The translations under genes were made by a program, and so were the position numbers. Under the pieces are notes generated by a model, which was given only the letters and a program-made list of their open reading frames with translations, did not search any database and had not been told where the DNA came from. Positions 25,655 through 38,400 of a DNA stretch of 64,000 bases are shown here, piece after piece (the stretch's first letter is position 1; every line of letters begins with the position of its first letter). The DNA is taken from the NCBI GenBank assembly GCA_951406725.2, contig OX597816.1, forward strand, positions 145,700,001 through 145,764,000, given 5' to 3'. The stretch is from Octopus vulgaris. Lineage: Eukaryota.

Positions 25655-27657
25655 GTACGACTACATCGCCAAAACTTTTGTCTTTGACTTAAAATAGGAA
25701 AATACTATTAATATGGGGATTTCAAATTTATTATTCCCCAGTGGTAGAACGTTTCTTTAATATCTTTAATATTTACGCATTTTCATTAACATTCTGAATC
25801 TTTAGAAGTTATTCTTGTATATTGAAGAAAAGAAATCTCTGCTGATTTACCATTTTTCAATTTCATTTCAACCATACTTCAGAAAATAGAAACAAATTAA
25901 GAAGTGTAATAAAAACATGATGCAATCGCAAATCAGGAGGAACAAAATTCTTATACAACCAGGCCGCACCTGTACTCAGAAATAATTATTCTTTAATTTT
26001 AAAGCATCATTTCTTACAACATTTATTAAATTGCAGTTTCTTCATAAGTCCTAGATTTTTTTCTGATTTTCATATTGCTTTATGTAGATTTCTTACGCAA
26101 TTTTAATTTTGAATACAAGCACTATTTCGCTCGTAGGTGAAGATTTCTGCAGACTCCTCTTTGAAATTGTTCGACGAACTACGTATCTCTTGTAGCTTTA
26201 TCCTCAATCACATATTTGTGTCTAATCTCAGAAACGAAAATCAGATGGAAGGATCGTAACTGCATTTGTCAGAAAACAAAAGAAGATAAAACAACAAATC
26301 CTGCCAGAAATATTTCACAAACTTTCCTTCAAAGTGTAACTGAATAAAGATTGCCTTCTGCTAGATAAAAACAAGATCCACATTTTGCGCTCTACAGAAC
26401 AGACTGCTAACATTTTCTTATGTCATATTCTAGTCGTACTAGTTCATTTAGTTAGGCTTGGTCACACTTGAGTAATGGAAATTTTTCGTTGGCAATAAAG
26501 CACATTATCACAAGGGTTACGTATTTAGTTCTTACACACATTGAAAAATTACTGATACTGGACTCCGACCACACAAAGCTTTCTCTATCCAGCATTGCGT
26601 AAAAGTCACCAATGCGCATTGATTCACTATTTCTCGAAGGCAGCACATAATGTATCATATAGTTTCGCTTGTAATCCTTATACTGAAATGGCACTCATGT
26701 TTGATAACTATTCTGTGCAATCTCTATATATATTGGCTATTACTCTAACTACAAAACGGGGATTGCCAAATAGGGTTCTCCTTTACTAATCGTACAAATA
26801 ACTCTTAGTACCAAATAACTTTTATTTCACAATTACTTACTAGGAATATGAGAATAAGAAATTTAGTGATGTATCAATACAAAACAGGGAACATATACTT
26901 GAAATCAATGGCAACTTGACACATGTTGTGCTCATGTTAAAATTCATCTACAAAATACATATTAAACATTCAATCGGAGCAACCAGATCAGGAGATTATT
27001 TATTAGGCAACGAAACGGGCAATACTCTAAGAAAAAACCCCAGAATTACGTTCTACATGAAATTGAAATATTAAGTTTTCTACAATGGTTAATTTGCGGA
27101 AAGAGGATCGAAATATGGCTTAATTAATATTACGCACGTCGTGAAGAAACATAATCATAATTTTAATGATTAATGTACGACTTGACAGAATGGAAAGATA
27201 TTCATTAATTAAAGTTCATTAAAATAGAATGTGAACAATAGAGACACGGGTAAGTTTGATCTTAGAAATATAGTTATAGTTTGAAATTTATATTTCCAAA
27301 TTAGTGATAACTTGTCTGATTTCTTGGTATAATTTGACATTGACTTTTCGGAAGTTTGAGTTCCGTTCTTTTTTGATAACCAAAGAGTAGCATTAAATCC
27401 AATTTTAGAGAAATAATCAATTATCCCAAGGATATGGAATTTGTGTTGCATTACGAATTCTACGCAATTTCTTATGTCGTGAGAGAAAAACTATAGAATG
27501 TCGATACTAGGAACTAAGATGAAAAATATTGTCTACAATAATTCTGCTTTCAGGTGATCATTGCCAAACTTAATAATTCTTGGCTAAAAATTGTATTCAT
27601 TTCTGAAATGTATTCAGCTCTCCTCAGTGTATATAGGAACACAGTCATACATGCTTA

Positions 27658-28537
27658 AGTAGGCTGATCCATAAGTATCCGGACTGTTACGAAACTAAAG
27701 TATACAGAGTTAAGCCGCTTGGCGCGGATTGACCTCGAGATCTGCTGCGTATGCGCACTAAGTTTTAACGTTCTAGTTCCTTTCCGCTATTTACTACAGT
27801 GCTTGGGAGGAAAGCGTGTAGTGTGTGACTGTCGCATTGACCATGACAGAGAAAGTTGAGCAGAAAATCTGCATCAAATTTTGCCAAAAGCTTGGTGATA
27901 ACTGCTCAGAAACAAAGTTTTCCAAAAGTTTTCATCCTTCTCGACACAATCATGGAGATCTTGTGCAACTGAAATCCGAGTGGCCGTTTGGTCAGCTGAA
28001 AGCAGTTTTGGCACAGCCTTGGCGGACACTCGTCTCATACCCAAATCGTGAGTGATAATGAAATGAACTGAACCTTAACTAATCTGCACATCCTCTGATA
28101 ACTCACAAATGGTGATTCGACGACTTCTCTTCAGAGTTGCACGCATTTCAGCAAAGTTTCTTTCTCAGTTCTACTAGTAAAGAGTTTCCATGATGTTCAT
28201 CAATATCGACATTTTTCGGCCATCTTGGAAACGTGTAAACCATTCGTACACTTGTGTGCATCTCATACGATCATCTCCATACACTTTCTACAACTTTTTG
28301 TAGGCCTCTGAACAGGTATCGCCATGGCAACTTTCTCTGTCAAAGTCAATACGACGATCACACGCTACACACCTTCATTTCAAGCACTGCTGTAGATAGC
28401 GGAAGTGAGCTAGAACGTTAAAACTTAGTGCTCGTGCACAGAGGAGTTGACGGTCAATCTGTGACAAGCGGTTTTACTCTTCATTCTTTAGCGTCGTTAC
28501 TACGGTAACAGTCCGGATACTTATTGATCAGACTACG
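27658..28537. mobile_element. Palindromic mariner derivative built from two transposase 5' ends; TA target duplication
   Basis: TA at 27656-57 and 28538-39; ~200-bp inverted arms (ctgatc.ataagtatccggactgttac); + arm encodes MTEKVEQKICIKFCQKLG, - arm encodes QVYEWFTRFQDGR...RRITICELSEDV..LGMRRVSAKAVPKLL. Confidence 0.9.
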
Positions 28538-28769
28538 TACATTCATGAATACATACGTACGTGCATGCATAAAAGTATATGTATACACACACACATACAT
28601 ATATATATATATACACGTATATATATGTATATATACATATATATACATATGTGTGTGTGTAGGGTGATACAAAAGCACGTAAATATGAGTGCATTATTAA
28701 TATATATAGATTCTCCTCAAAATATTGGTGCTTCCCTATCATTTTCAACCAGTGGGGAAAATAAGGATC

Positions 28770-31700
28770 CATAGGCTGCTGGTGAGTTTCATTTTTTTTT
28801 TTTGGTTAAAAGTTCCTCTATTTCTTGGTGTACTCATCGAATTTGTCCCAGTTTTATTCCATGTTGAAAAATTTGGAATTTTTGCTTAATGGGAGCAACA
28901 AATAGTTTCGAGGGAATTTCAGTCGTCGATAACAAAGGGCAAGAGTCAGCGGAGTGTCTTGTCACAAAATGAAAAAGGGTGACAGCTCTTCGCCTGTTCC
29001 CATGACTACGAGAAAAGCAAGCAGGCAAAACAAGATGACCTTATCAATCACAAACAAGAATAGCAAATCCGATACCACCACCACCGTCACCTCTGCCACG
29101 AACTCTACTAACAACAGTAACAGCAACAACAACAGCAACAGTAGTAGTAACAGCAACTACAACAACAGCAGCAGCAGCAATAACAACACAACAGTAAAGC
29201 GTAGACTGGAGAGCAAAACAAGCGGTACAACTACAATATAAATGACTCCTCCCCCCTTTAACATGTAGCTTAGCTACATCGGTCAACAATAGCGTCGCTT
29301 TGACTTCGACGAACACCAGCAACGACAAGAACAACATCATTGGAAGCAAAAACGATATAGTCAACACCAATAATAACTTCAACAATAAAAACAACTCCTT
29401 TGTAGGAGTACGAAAATTGTAGGAAAGAAAACATTCACATCTGAGTGAAGCAGAAAAAAATCCTCAATAGAGGGGATCGGAAAACCAAGCTTGCTATCCC
29501 TTGAGATTGAATGGAGAAGACGGTCAGAAGGACCATCGTATACAGATGTGTCTCATTAAGGACGAGGAAAATGTTTAATGCTTCACACATCCAGGTAGAA
29601 AGATGCTTGAAGGGCAGTTGGACTGATATCGATTTCCTCACACGAAGAAGACAATATGGTTCTGTGGAATTGAGATTCCTCACAGAGACTCTAGTCCAAA
29701 ACCATGCAATGCCCCAGTGCATACACGAGGATTTTCTCCTCTCGTCATACCTTGGACAGTGGGTGGTGAAGGTTAAAATATCAGATGTGCCACTAGAATT
29801 AGACGTTCAGTGGTTGGTTGCATGTGCTATGGTCGAAGGCTCGGATTCGCTTCTTGAAATTGAAAGAATATCAGAAGTGGTCCGGGATCAGGTTCGAAAT
29901 TTTTATCTGGGTAAAACAGGAATCTTTGGACAAAGTCCCCGACCTTAATAAGCTGGCAAACTAAAGAGACATAACTAAAACTAAAGAGACATTGGGACCT
30001 TTAGGCTAAAGATCGACAAAAGTACTTTGGGAAAGCTCTTCATTAACGATAATTTTTCTGATGAGGCAGCTGAATCAGACGACCGTCTCAAAATCTAAAG
30101 TAAGTGACTTTCCTCCGTTTTGTTTCCCCAATAAATATAGTCGTTTTCAGAGCAAGGTGTATGAATATACGTGGCCTGGGGTTAATTTGGAAGTCACTTG
30201 CTAAACGGCATCAGGTCGCTCGATTTAGATGTGGCTGCAATTAGCAAGAGAAGGATTTCTAACACGCAAGCACTAGCGCCCATTTTCGATGATTACGAAA
30301 TACTCTCATCATACGGTCTGTCGGGAGCGTGCGGCAGCGTAGCAGTGCTATTTCTGAAAATCTTTAGATATCGAAGTAAAGACAATATTCTTGGACATGG
30401 GCGGCAAGTTGGTGGTCCTAGATGTGAATAGTAGCGAAGGTGGCACCCTTAGACTGGTGGAAGTTTATGCTCCGACAGGGGGTGGAAGTCCAAAATTCTT
30501 CAGGCGTCGAGAAGCATTCCTGGGAACGTCTCGTAGTTTAGTAATTTTTGAAGACTCGATTTTAGACACACGGAAGTCATGCGTGAGGCTAGTACACAGA
30601 AGAAGGAGGTGCAAGAGCCTCGAAAACCTATTCAGAAACTTCCAATTGTCTGATAGGTATCGACTGGATTTCCCTCATGTACCAGTGTGAACATGAAGCA
30701 ACGACAGTGGATCACCTGGAACGTATCCAGGTAAGGTGTTTCTTAGGTCAGAGCATAGGTAAATTGTAGGTTGTCCACAATTTAAACTGGTCGGTTACAC
30801 AGACCTCAAGTTTGTGATCGGCACAGTTGAGTTAGACAGAGACTAGGTTACTGGAAGTTAAATGCGTCCTTTCCAGCACGCAAACACTACAGAGACCGGA
30901 TCAGTGAACTAGATAAGCGACTGCCTGAGGAGGGAGATTAGCGTAGGGTCGATAGAGTTTAGCAGATAGTTAGCAATCGAAAGGAATAGATTAGAAGGTG
31001 AACTACTTAGCAAATTAGAAGAGTCGATTAGAAAGGGCATCGCGACCGATGTGTTAGCGGCGAGAATGCCTCTTGACCATTACTTCGAAGCGAAACACAA
31101 AGGTTGCGTTATCAGAGCCAAGGCCCCTACGCTTAAACAGGAAGGAACTAAAGCTGTCCGATTGACCCGAACAGTGGAGACGTGATGTGGAAACAAAACC
31201 GCGATCAGGTCTTTGACGCATTGAGATGGGCGGGTGTTACTCGGCTTCGACCAGATGTGTACGGCTTTTCAGCAGTATTTCGCGCAGCTGTTTAGAGAGG
31301 GCGATAGTTTGATGACAGTGCTAGACTTTAGTTCGTACCTGGACGGTAGGCTACGGCAGTCGGCAGATGACAGGAGGTTATGTGAAAGGCCGATAACAAT
31401 CCCTGTAATTCGGGAGACGATTAGCAGTTCGCCCGGTTTGGATGGTCTGCCCTATGAATTCTATGCTTTCATGCCAGATTTATTTAGCAACTTCTTGGCT
31501 GCAACTGGCAACAGAATGGGAGAATTCATAGTGCTGTTAGCCGAGGTGTGTTGACACTGCTGAGGAAGGTCGCCGGATTTGATGACCTAGCAGGGAAATT
31601 CAGGCTCAAAACTCTGCTAAATGCATTTGTTGGCGTTTGTTGTCGGTAACCTGTTCGGAGAGAAGCAAATATGCGCAATGCTGAGCAGGTCTATCCACGA

Positions 31701-32088
31701 CAACCTCCACCTTATGCTATATATCACAGGAAAAACTGGGACTAAAGATGGCTTCGTGGGTGCTCTGATCAATTTCGCTCAATCAAAAGCATTCGATAAG
31801 GTTGACCATCGTTACTTGGAAGCCGTCCTGTAAGCAGGCGTTTTCGGACACGTTTTCAGAGGCTGGATCGCGGCAATGCACAGTAGCACCTGTTCAATGG
31901 TCAAAGTAAACGGTCACCTATTGGAACCCTTTGACAGCGCATGCTCGGTCCGTCAGTACAGCCCGCTCCCGACTCTTCTGTACGCATTGGAACTCGAGCC
32001 ACTACTGTGGAAGCTGGAAAAACTAAGAGGCATCCCTTTCAAAGTAGGACAAAGAGGGGAAGTATCAGCATACGAAGACGACATCACC
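28770..32088 (+). mobile_element. Tx1/L1-clade LINE: ORF1, AP endonuclease and RT up to the catalytic motif
   Basis: ORF1 pieces 28954..29948; APE motifs CMNIRGL, LVEVYAP, WKLNAS; RT motifs SPGLDGLPYEFY, QSKAFDKVDH.YL, SVRQ..PL..LLYALELEP, AYEDDIT. Many stops and frameshifts; 5' boundary approximate. Confidence 0.9.
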
Positions 32089-33776
32089 AAGGAATTTCCT
32101 CTTACGAGCTTTCGTGAATGTCATACTTAGATCTGTTATTATGATGTCTTCCCATGCTTGTTCTGGTAAAACTTGATAGTATCCTTCTGTGCGTCGAATC
32201 CAGACTGCATTTTCATTGTGTCTTTTCATCACTACAAATATGTTTCTAAAAGCGGAGGTGCCTTAAATGGCTATTTTCCTTTTCCCTACTTCTCTGTAGA
32301 ATGTTGTCACATTGTTGTTATTTTTATTCGACTTGACTAAGGCATTGTCATATTCCTGGTCGTATTTATGTGAGTAGCTGATTATTACCTGTAACATTAG
32401 GTATTCAAAAGATTTTAATAATCTCTGAAGTTCTCAAGAGATTTCTGATAATCTTTTCTCTTCCTAAGAGGGAGATTTCCTGACGTAGCTCAAAAGATAT
32501 TTCATTCTGATCTTCTTCAGCCATTTATCCATATAATTCCTCACAGCCCCTAATACAACAATTATTACAGGCACAACATTTACAGTTTTAATACTCCAAA
32601 TTCTTTCAGATTTTTAAGGTTATATATTACCTTAAATTTTAGCCTTCTTTCTTCACAAACCTGGAATCAAACGGACGTGATATATAAATCAAAACAGCAA
32701 CTTCGCTTTTCATTGTCTATTTTTGTTATCTCTGTTTTAATATTTTCTCAGCTGTGTGAATAGGAAAATTTCATAGAATTTTGCATTTCTTCGATTCTAG
32801 TACACTTCCAACCTAATGATTTTTCTTGCCACCGATTTACCATGTCCCGTTGTTGTTCTAGTTTAACTTGGATTTCAATTATTTTACAACTGTTGTTTCT
32901 TCTTTTTCGTCATAGTTATTATGTACTATGACTTCTTTTTTGCATTCGTCAGCTTCTTTAAGAATGGAAAACAGTTTTTTGTTTTGCTCGTGTTTTGTGG
33001 GTACTTGTATTAGTTTTGTTCCTTCTGAAGTAGGCATTTCTGTAGTCCGATGGTGGTTATTTTGTAATAATTTTCTAGCTGTATAAGGCTTCTATCACCT
33101 TCCATACGTTGTAAATATAACATTTCTATGTAAGATTTTAGGTGGTGCATCCTAAATCCTATCTTCTTGTTTTCCTGTCTATTTTGATTAGATCATTTAG
33201 AGTCCAGTTAAGTATACTGTAGCTGTAACTTATAACAAGGTCAGCTAGAGTGTTGATTCCTATTATCTTGTTTTTACATTGATCTGTTTTCACTATTAAT
33301 TTAACTCATCTATAGTATTCGTTTCTTGTCTTCTCTTTCATTTGTGGGAGTTGTATCTAGTTCATTGATTCCTAAGTATTTGGATATCTGGCTTTGGTCT
33401 AATTCTCTCATTTCATTTGTTTTATCAAGTGTGATGTTGTTACGCTTAAATAGTTTCCCTCGTCGCAAGGTTGCTTTGGCATATTTTCCTAAGCCAAATT
33501 GCATTTATTTCTTTGGTAAATCCATGTAATGTCTGTAGTAATATTTCCAACTGTTTATCATTTGTAACGTACAGTATTAAATCATTCATATATAAGAGGT
33601 AGCAGATTTCTTTGTCGTAACAGTTGTATCCACATCCAGTTTTGTTTAGCCTATCAGATAAATGTATTTGTGCCAAGCAGAAAAGGGGTGGAAAAGTGAG
33701 ACTCCCTAGAATATTCCCCATCTAATGGGGAAGGCTTTGATTTTTATGAGTCCGTATTTTGTCTGGAGCTGTAGTA
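32089..33776 (-). mobile_element. R4/Dong-clade non-LTR element, degraded (RT, RLE, then an upstream RT piece)
   Basis: Minus strand: IRWGIF..., PLFCLA, YLLYMNDLILY, MQFGLGKYAK, KYLGINE, IWSIKTVNVVPVIIVVLGAV, QEISLLG; 32089-32300 gives the N-terminal RT region (VWIRRTE..LPEQAWEDI). Confidence 0.85.
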
Positions 33777-33945
33777 CTTATTATTATTATTATTATTATT
33801 GTTGTTGTTGTTGTTGTTGTTGTTCTTGTTGTTGCAGTTGTTTTTGTTGTTGTTGATCTTATTATTATTAATGACAATATCATCATCGTGGATGTCGTCC
33901 TCTTCGTCATCATCATCATCATCATCATCATTATCAGCATCATCT
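33777..33945. repeat. Compound (TTA)n-(TTG)n-(ATC)n microsatellite
   Basis: Direct reading; explains ORFs 33722-34010. Confidence 0.95.
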
Positions 33946-35429
33946 TTGAACGCACAGATAAACGTGTATACGTATGATCGTGAGAGTCTGTGAATTTGTG
34001 TATGCATCAAAGAAATTGTTCATTTGCATTTCTCCATAAGCTATTTCAATTCATCTAATTTATTCTCTTTCACGAAATTTAATTAGCCAATATTTAGTGC
34101 CAGATTTTATAGCCTCAAACATAAAAATTTTTTTCTTTTTCAAATCATTACTTCGCCAAACTGAATGTCAACATATTTTGAAAACGTCATAACATAAAAT
34201 GGTAAACAGGATAAATATCGCACAATCGAATATGTCAGAGCTGGAAGACCCTTGATCAAAAATTTGCTTGAGTAGAGGACTATAACCAAACCCAACAAAA
34301 AAAAAAAATGTATCGGAAAATCTTTACATCAGTACTAAATGTAGATGTAATATTAACCAATATCTTAATGACTTATATCATGAGTTCTATGACTATTATT
34401 TTTATCTAATTACTTCTACGTGATATCATCCACCTAAGGACATAGGTATTGCACACGGATGACAATTAACAAACTCCCAATGTTTAGCTAAGTGCCACAC
34501 TCTAAATGACTTTCCAGCCTTGTTATCTACAAGCAAAATACATATTTATTTGAAAATAAAGCTAGATATATGTAAGTCATAAATTCACATTAAATAATGT
34601 CATGGAAAGAAGATTGTAGGAAATTTGATATTACCTTTTGTGTTTCAATGAATGCTTTGAAAAATGCGTTATAGCATATCTGTTTGCTAGTATAACCTAG
34701 GCAAATAATACAAAACATAAGTTCCATAAGTTCAATAGAATGTCAAATTGGTTTTCAATATATTAGATACTTGTCTCTACCATTATTAGTTTATTGACTT
34801 ATTAATGAATAACCTTGACTACAATAAATAAACAGAGTATCAGCAAAAAAATATCAAATAAAAAAGTATTATACGCATTTAAAATTATAATATCAACGCA
34901 ATTAAGCTTGCCGATGCGGTGACCCAGAATAACAAAGATGCTTAAATAATAATGGTCGTTGAAAATTAAAATAACAACGACAAAAAAAAAAGGCAAACAT
35001 GGTGGATATTTATGAAATTATAACAACAATTGGTTGTGAGTGTTCTCTTATATTGTTCTTAAACTATTAATTTTTGAATTTTTGAATTTCATATTTTTAT
35101 AAAATTTTAGTGTTATTTATTAGTGTCTGATGAACTACCATCAATAGTCTAATCATTCTTTGTTTTAAACATTATAAATCGCTTTGAGTTAAAGCCAACT
35201 GTTTTCACTACTATTACAAATTCACCAGTCTCCTTTTATGTCTATTTTTGTCTCTCTCACTCCTCATATAGGTCTGTAAATTTTGGTGTACACACACGCA
35301 TATGCATGTATGCAATTATGTGTATATGCATGTATATATATGTGTATATATACATATATATTCATATACACATATATGTATATGTATATATGTATGTATA
35401 GCTATCTATCTATCTATCTAAGTGTATTG

Positions 35430-35652
35430 CTTTTCGCAGGAAGGAAAGTTTCTTGTCGAAGATACGTCTCGCTTTTATCCTTCGAAACGTAGAGTAGATG
35501 AAACCATAGCGACTGAAGAAGGGTTTTTTTCTTTGTGTTAATTGTCCTGTACTCCATTTTTTGTTGTTTTTAAAAAATGTCCAGTTCCTTTGGTTTGTGT
35601 CTATGTTTTCGTTTCTCTTTGTGTTCGACGTCCCTTTGGTGTCCTGTACTCA
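35430..35652 (+). mobile_element. Short non-coding repeat with hammerhead-like motifs, probably Penelope terminal-repeat remnant
   Basis: ttcgaaacgtagagta...gactgaagaaggg followed by a T-rich tail like family A; flanked by (TA)-rich microsatellites. Confidence 0.4.
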
Positions 35653-35730
35653 TATATGCGTGTATATGTACATGTAGAGGTAGGTACGTACATATATGTT
35701 TATATATATGCATATGTTTTATTTCATTTA

Positions 35731-35773
<43 letters not shown>

Positions 35774-36224
35774 TAATTTAACAAGGATACTACTGGCAGG
35801 AAATTAGAAGCTAACCCATTATCCAATCGTCCAGTGTTAGTTTAGTAGGCCGGAACTTTGAAGTCACTGTCAATATTTATCTTATCAAAAAGTAATGAAT
35901 TTGTACTCTACTAATGTTTGGAGTAATCATTCAGATTAAAGTAATGTAGCAGTATAACTTAAGATAAAATAAAACATTATTATACATGTATATATATACG
36001 TATGTGTGTATGTGTGTATGTATGTGTGCGTGCGTCTGTGTGCGTCTGTGCGTGTGTGTGCGCGTGTATGTACCAAATGCACAGATAACATTTTAAATTC
36101 TTTTAACTCGCTAGTTCTTTCAGTAATTGGGCTGAGGTGATGCTGGGTCAACTCCTTGACCTGTGTACTAGAGCGAATCAATACCATGTATGACTGTATT
36201 TCACGTTCGGTACGTATTCATTCA

Positions 36225-36539
36225 ATCCTCCTAAGCACTTTTAACCGTTGTCTCAACTTTAACTGACCAGTGAAGGCGCGTAGTCTTAGCCCTCGCATTC
36301 TCTAAACTACTGTCACCTGTCAGTCAGCGAAGCTAATTCAGTGTCAGCTTGTCTAACCTAGTGATATTATTTCCCGCCGGCATGTTATAACTTTCAAGCC
36401 ATTTTTGGTCTTCCCGCTTCAGCCATATATAGAAGCTGGCTTTTTCGACCGCCTCCTGTATTCTCCTTATTAGTTTTCTAGACCCCACTGCCAGGTGGTA
36501 ATACTCGACATTCCATCCTTGTTCTCTGCACTCTTCGAT
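36225..36539 (-). mobile_element. HERO-like RLE non-LTR retrotransposon 3' end
   Basis: Minus strand IEECREQGWNVEYYHLAVGSR..LIRRIQEAVEKASFYIWLKREDQKWL matches the HERO C-terminal EC...GW...VG.RG...AE.AS.WIW.KR pattern, followed by putative 3' UTR. Confidence 0.7.
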
Positions 36540-36593
36540 TAGTTTTCCGTACCTGTTCTCCTTTCGTTCCTCTGCATTGCCGATGTTCTCTTC

Positions 36594-36643
<50 letters not shown>

Positions 36644-37529
36644 CGAATTTTTGTCAATGTGTATAGAATAATAAATCAGTTGGATTAAGTTAAAACATGG
36701 CCTGGTTTTCACGTTCTTATTGTTGCATCTAGAAATATTGTTTTTACGATTTTGAAGTGTGTTAAGCATCAAAAACGTATTTTGAAATGTTCATTAAAGT
36801 ACTATTAACACTGTCATACTTTCGTCATAATCATCAGATTTCAAAATGTATTTCAATGACAGTTGTGTTCTTGACAAATGTAGCAAAATGACTGACTTCT
36901 TCCTTTTTATACCTCCTAGAAGGCTCCTGCAAGGTGAATTTTTCGAATGCGATTTTCACCAATTCACATACAGCTTAAATGTCACTGTTTGCATGGTGCA
37001 CCGATATTACTGGCATAGATCCTGCCCTTATTTTAACCAATTAGCATGCGGTTTGCATGTAATGGTTCTATGTGTGGTTTTGATAATTTTTATTTCATTT
37101 GGTGGGAGTCTTTTGTAATTTGTTTATATTCATATGTTAACGATATTTTTTAATCTATACCATTACCTGGTTGTTATATTATTGTGGTTATTTCCATTAG
37201 AACAGTTTTGAAGATTTAAATAAAAAGCTTTCCTTTTATCATAAAGCCATTACAGAAAACCATCACTCATAAAACCATTACATGTAAACAGCAATCTACT
37301 TAGTTACAATATAGGCGGGATCTATGCCAGTAGTATCCGTGCGTCCGGCAAACACTGAGTTTAAGCTGCATGCGGATTGGTCAAAACCACATTTGAAAAA
37401 TTCAGCTGCTTGGGACCTTCTAAGATATAATAAGAAGGAAGAAGTCAGTCATTTTACTACAGTTGTTCTTGACAACTGTAGTACTCAACTCTCAGTAAAA
37501 TACAATTTGAAATTGTCTATTTCTTTTCA

Positions 37530-38400
37530 TGCAGAGTGAGAATCGGCAGAGTTCACCCTGAGATCGGAGAGGCATGGCGAGTGGCAGCAGTTAGGTACGG
37601 AATGGAGGAAGATGCAAGGATTCTGAAGATAACCAGAACGATGGAAGTCAATTGAAGGGGCTACGGTCTAGAAATCACTATTCAAGTTGGGTTAAAAACC
37701 TACATGGAATTGTAGACGAGCTTCTTCTACCAGAGGACATTACGCTAAGAGGGGTGGTGGAGGAAAAACCTCCAACATGCTTTCTATGTAAACAAATAGG
37801 CCACATGAAAGCAAAGTGCCCTCAGCAAGTAAGTGATGTAGAGGATCATCAAGAGCAGCTCGCCGAAGAGGAAGGGTCGGAAAATAAAGAGTAGATATTT
37901 ATTGTTGTAAACAAGCGAAAGAGAAAGGAGCGGGGGAGCTCTCCGACAGAGAACGAAAAACGAAAGAAGGAAGTAGAGGAGAAAATAATGGAGGTACAGA
38001 GGAACTGGGCAGATATACCAGCAGTAGTATCACAACATAGAGTGGAGGATATCATGGTGGACGATTATGTTTATGTAGACGGAGGAACCAAAGGAAATGG
38101 CTAGCCCGGTCAGTTCAGGTCTGGAGCATAAACAAGTAAATACTAAGAAGAAAATGTGGCATGTAGTAACATATTTAAAAAGTACCGCTATAGAGCGGAA
38201 AATAAAGAAGTTTAAAGGTGCCATAAGGATTAAATTACCAGCTGAATGTCACCCGGAACACATAAAGGGAGTGGGGATTGACAAGGAAATGTATAAAATG
38301 TTAAAAGAACTATTTAAAGGTAATGGGAACCCTTTGGGGGAAGAAAGTGAATTTGAACAAAAATGGAATTTGAAGAGTGGAAATAAAGGAGTATTTTAAA
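37530..38400 (+). mobile_element. Tx1/L1-type ORF1 remnant with CCHC zinc knuckle
   Basis: CFLCKQIGHMKAKC (CX2CX4HX4C); upstream CRVRIGRVHPEIGEAWRVAAV aligns with VKVKISDVPLELDVQWLVACA of the ORF1 at 29511. Confidence 0.8.
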
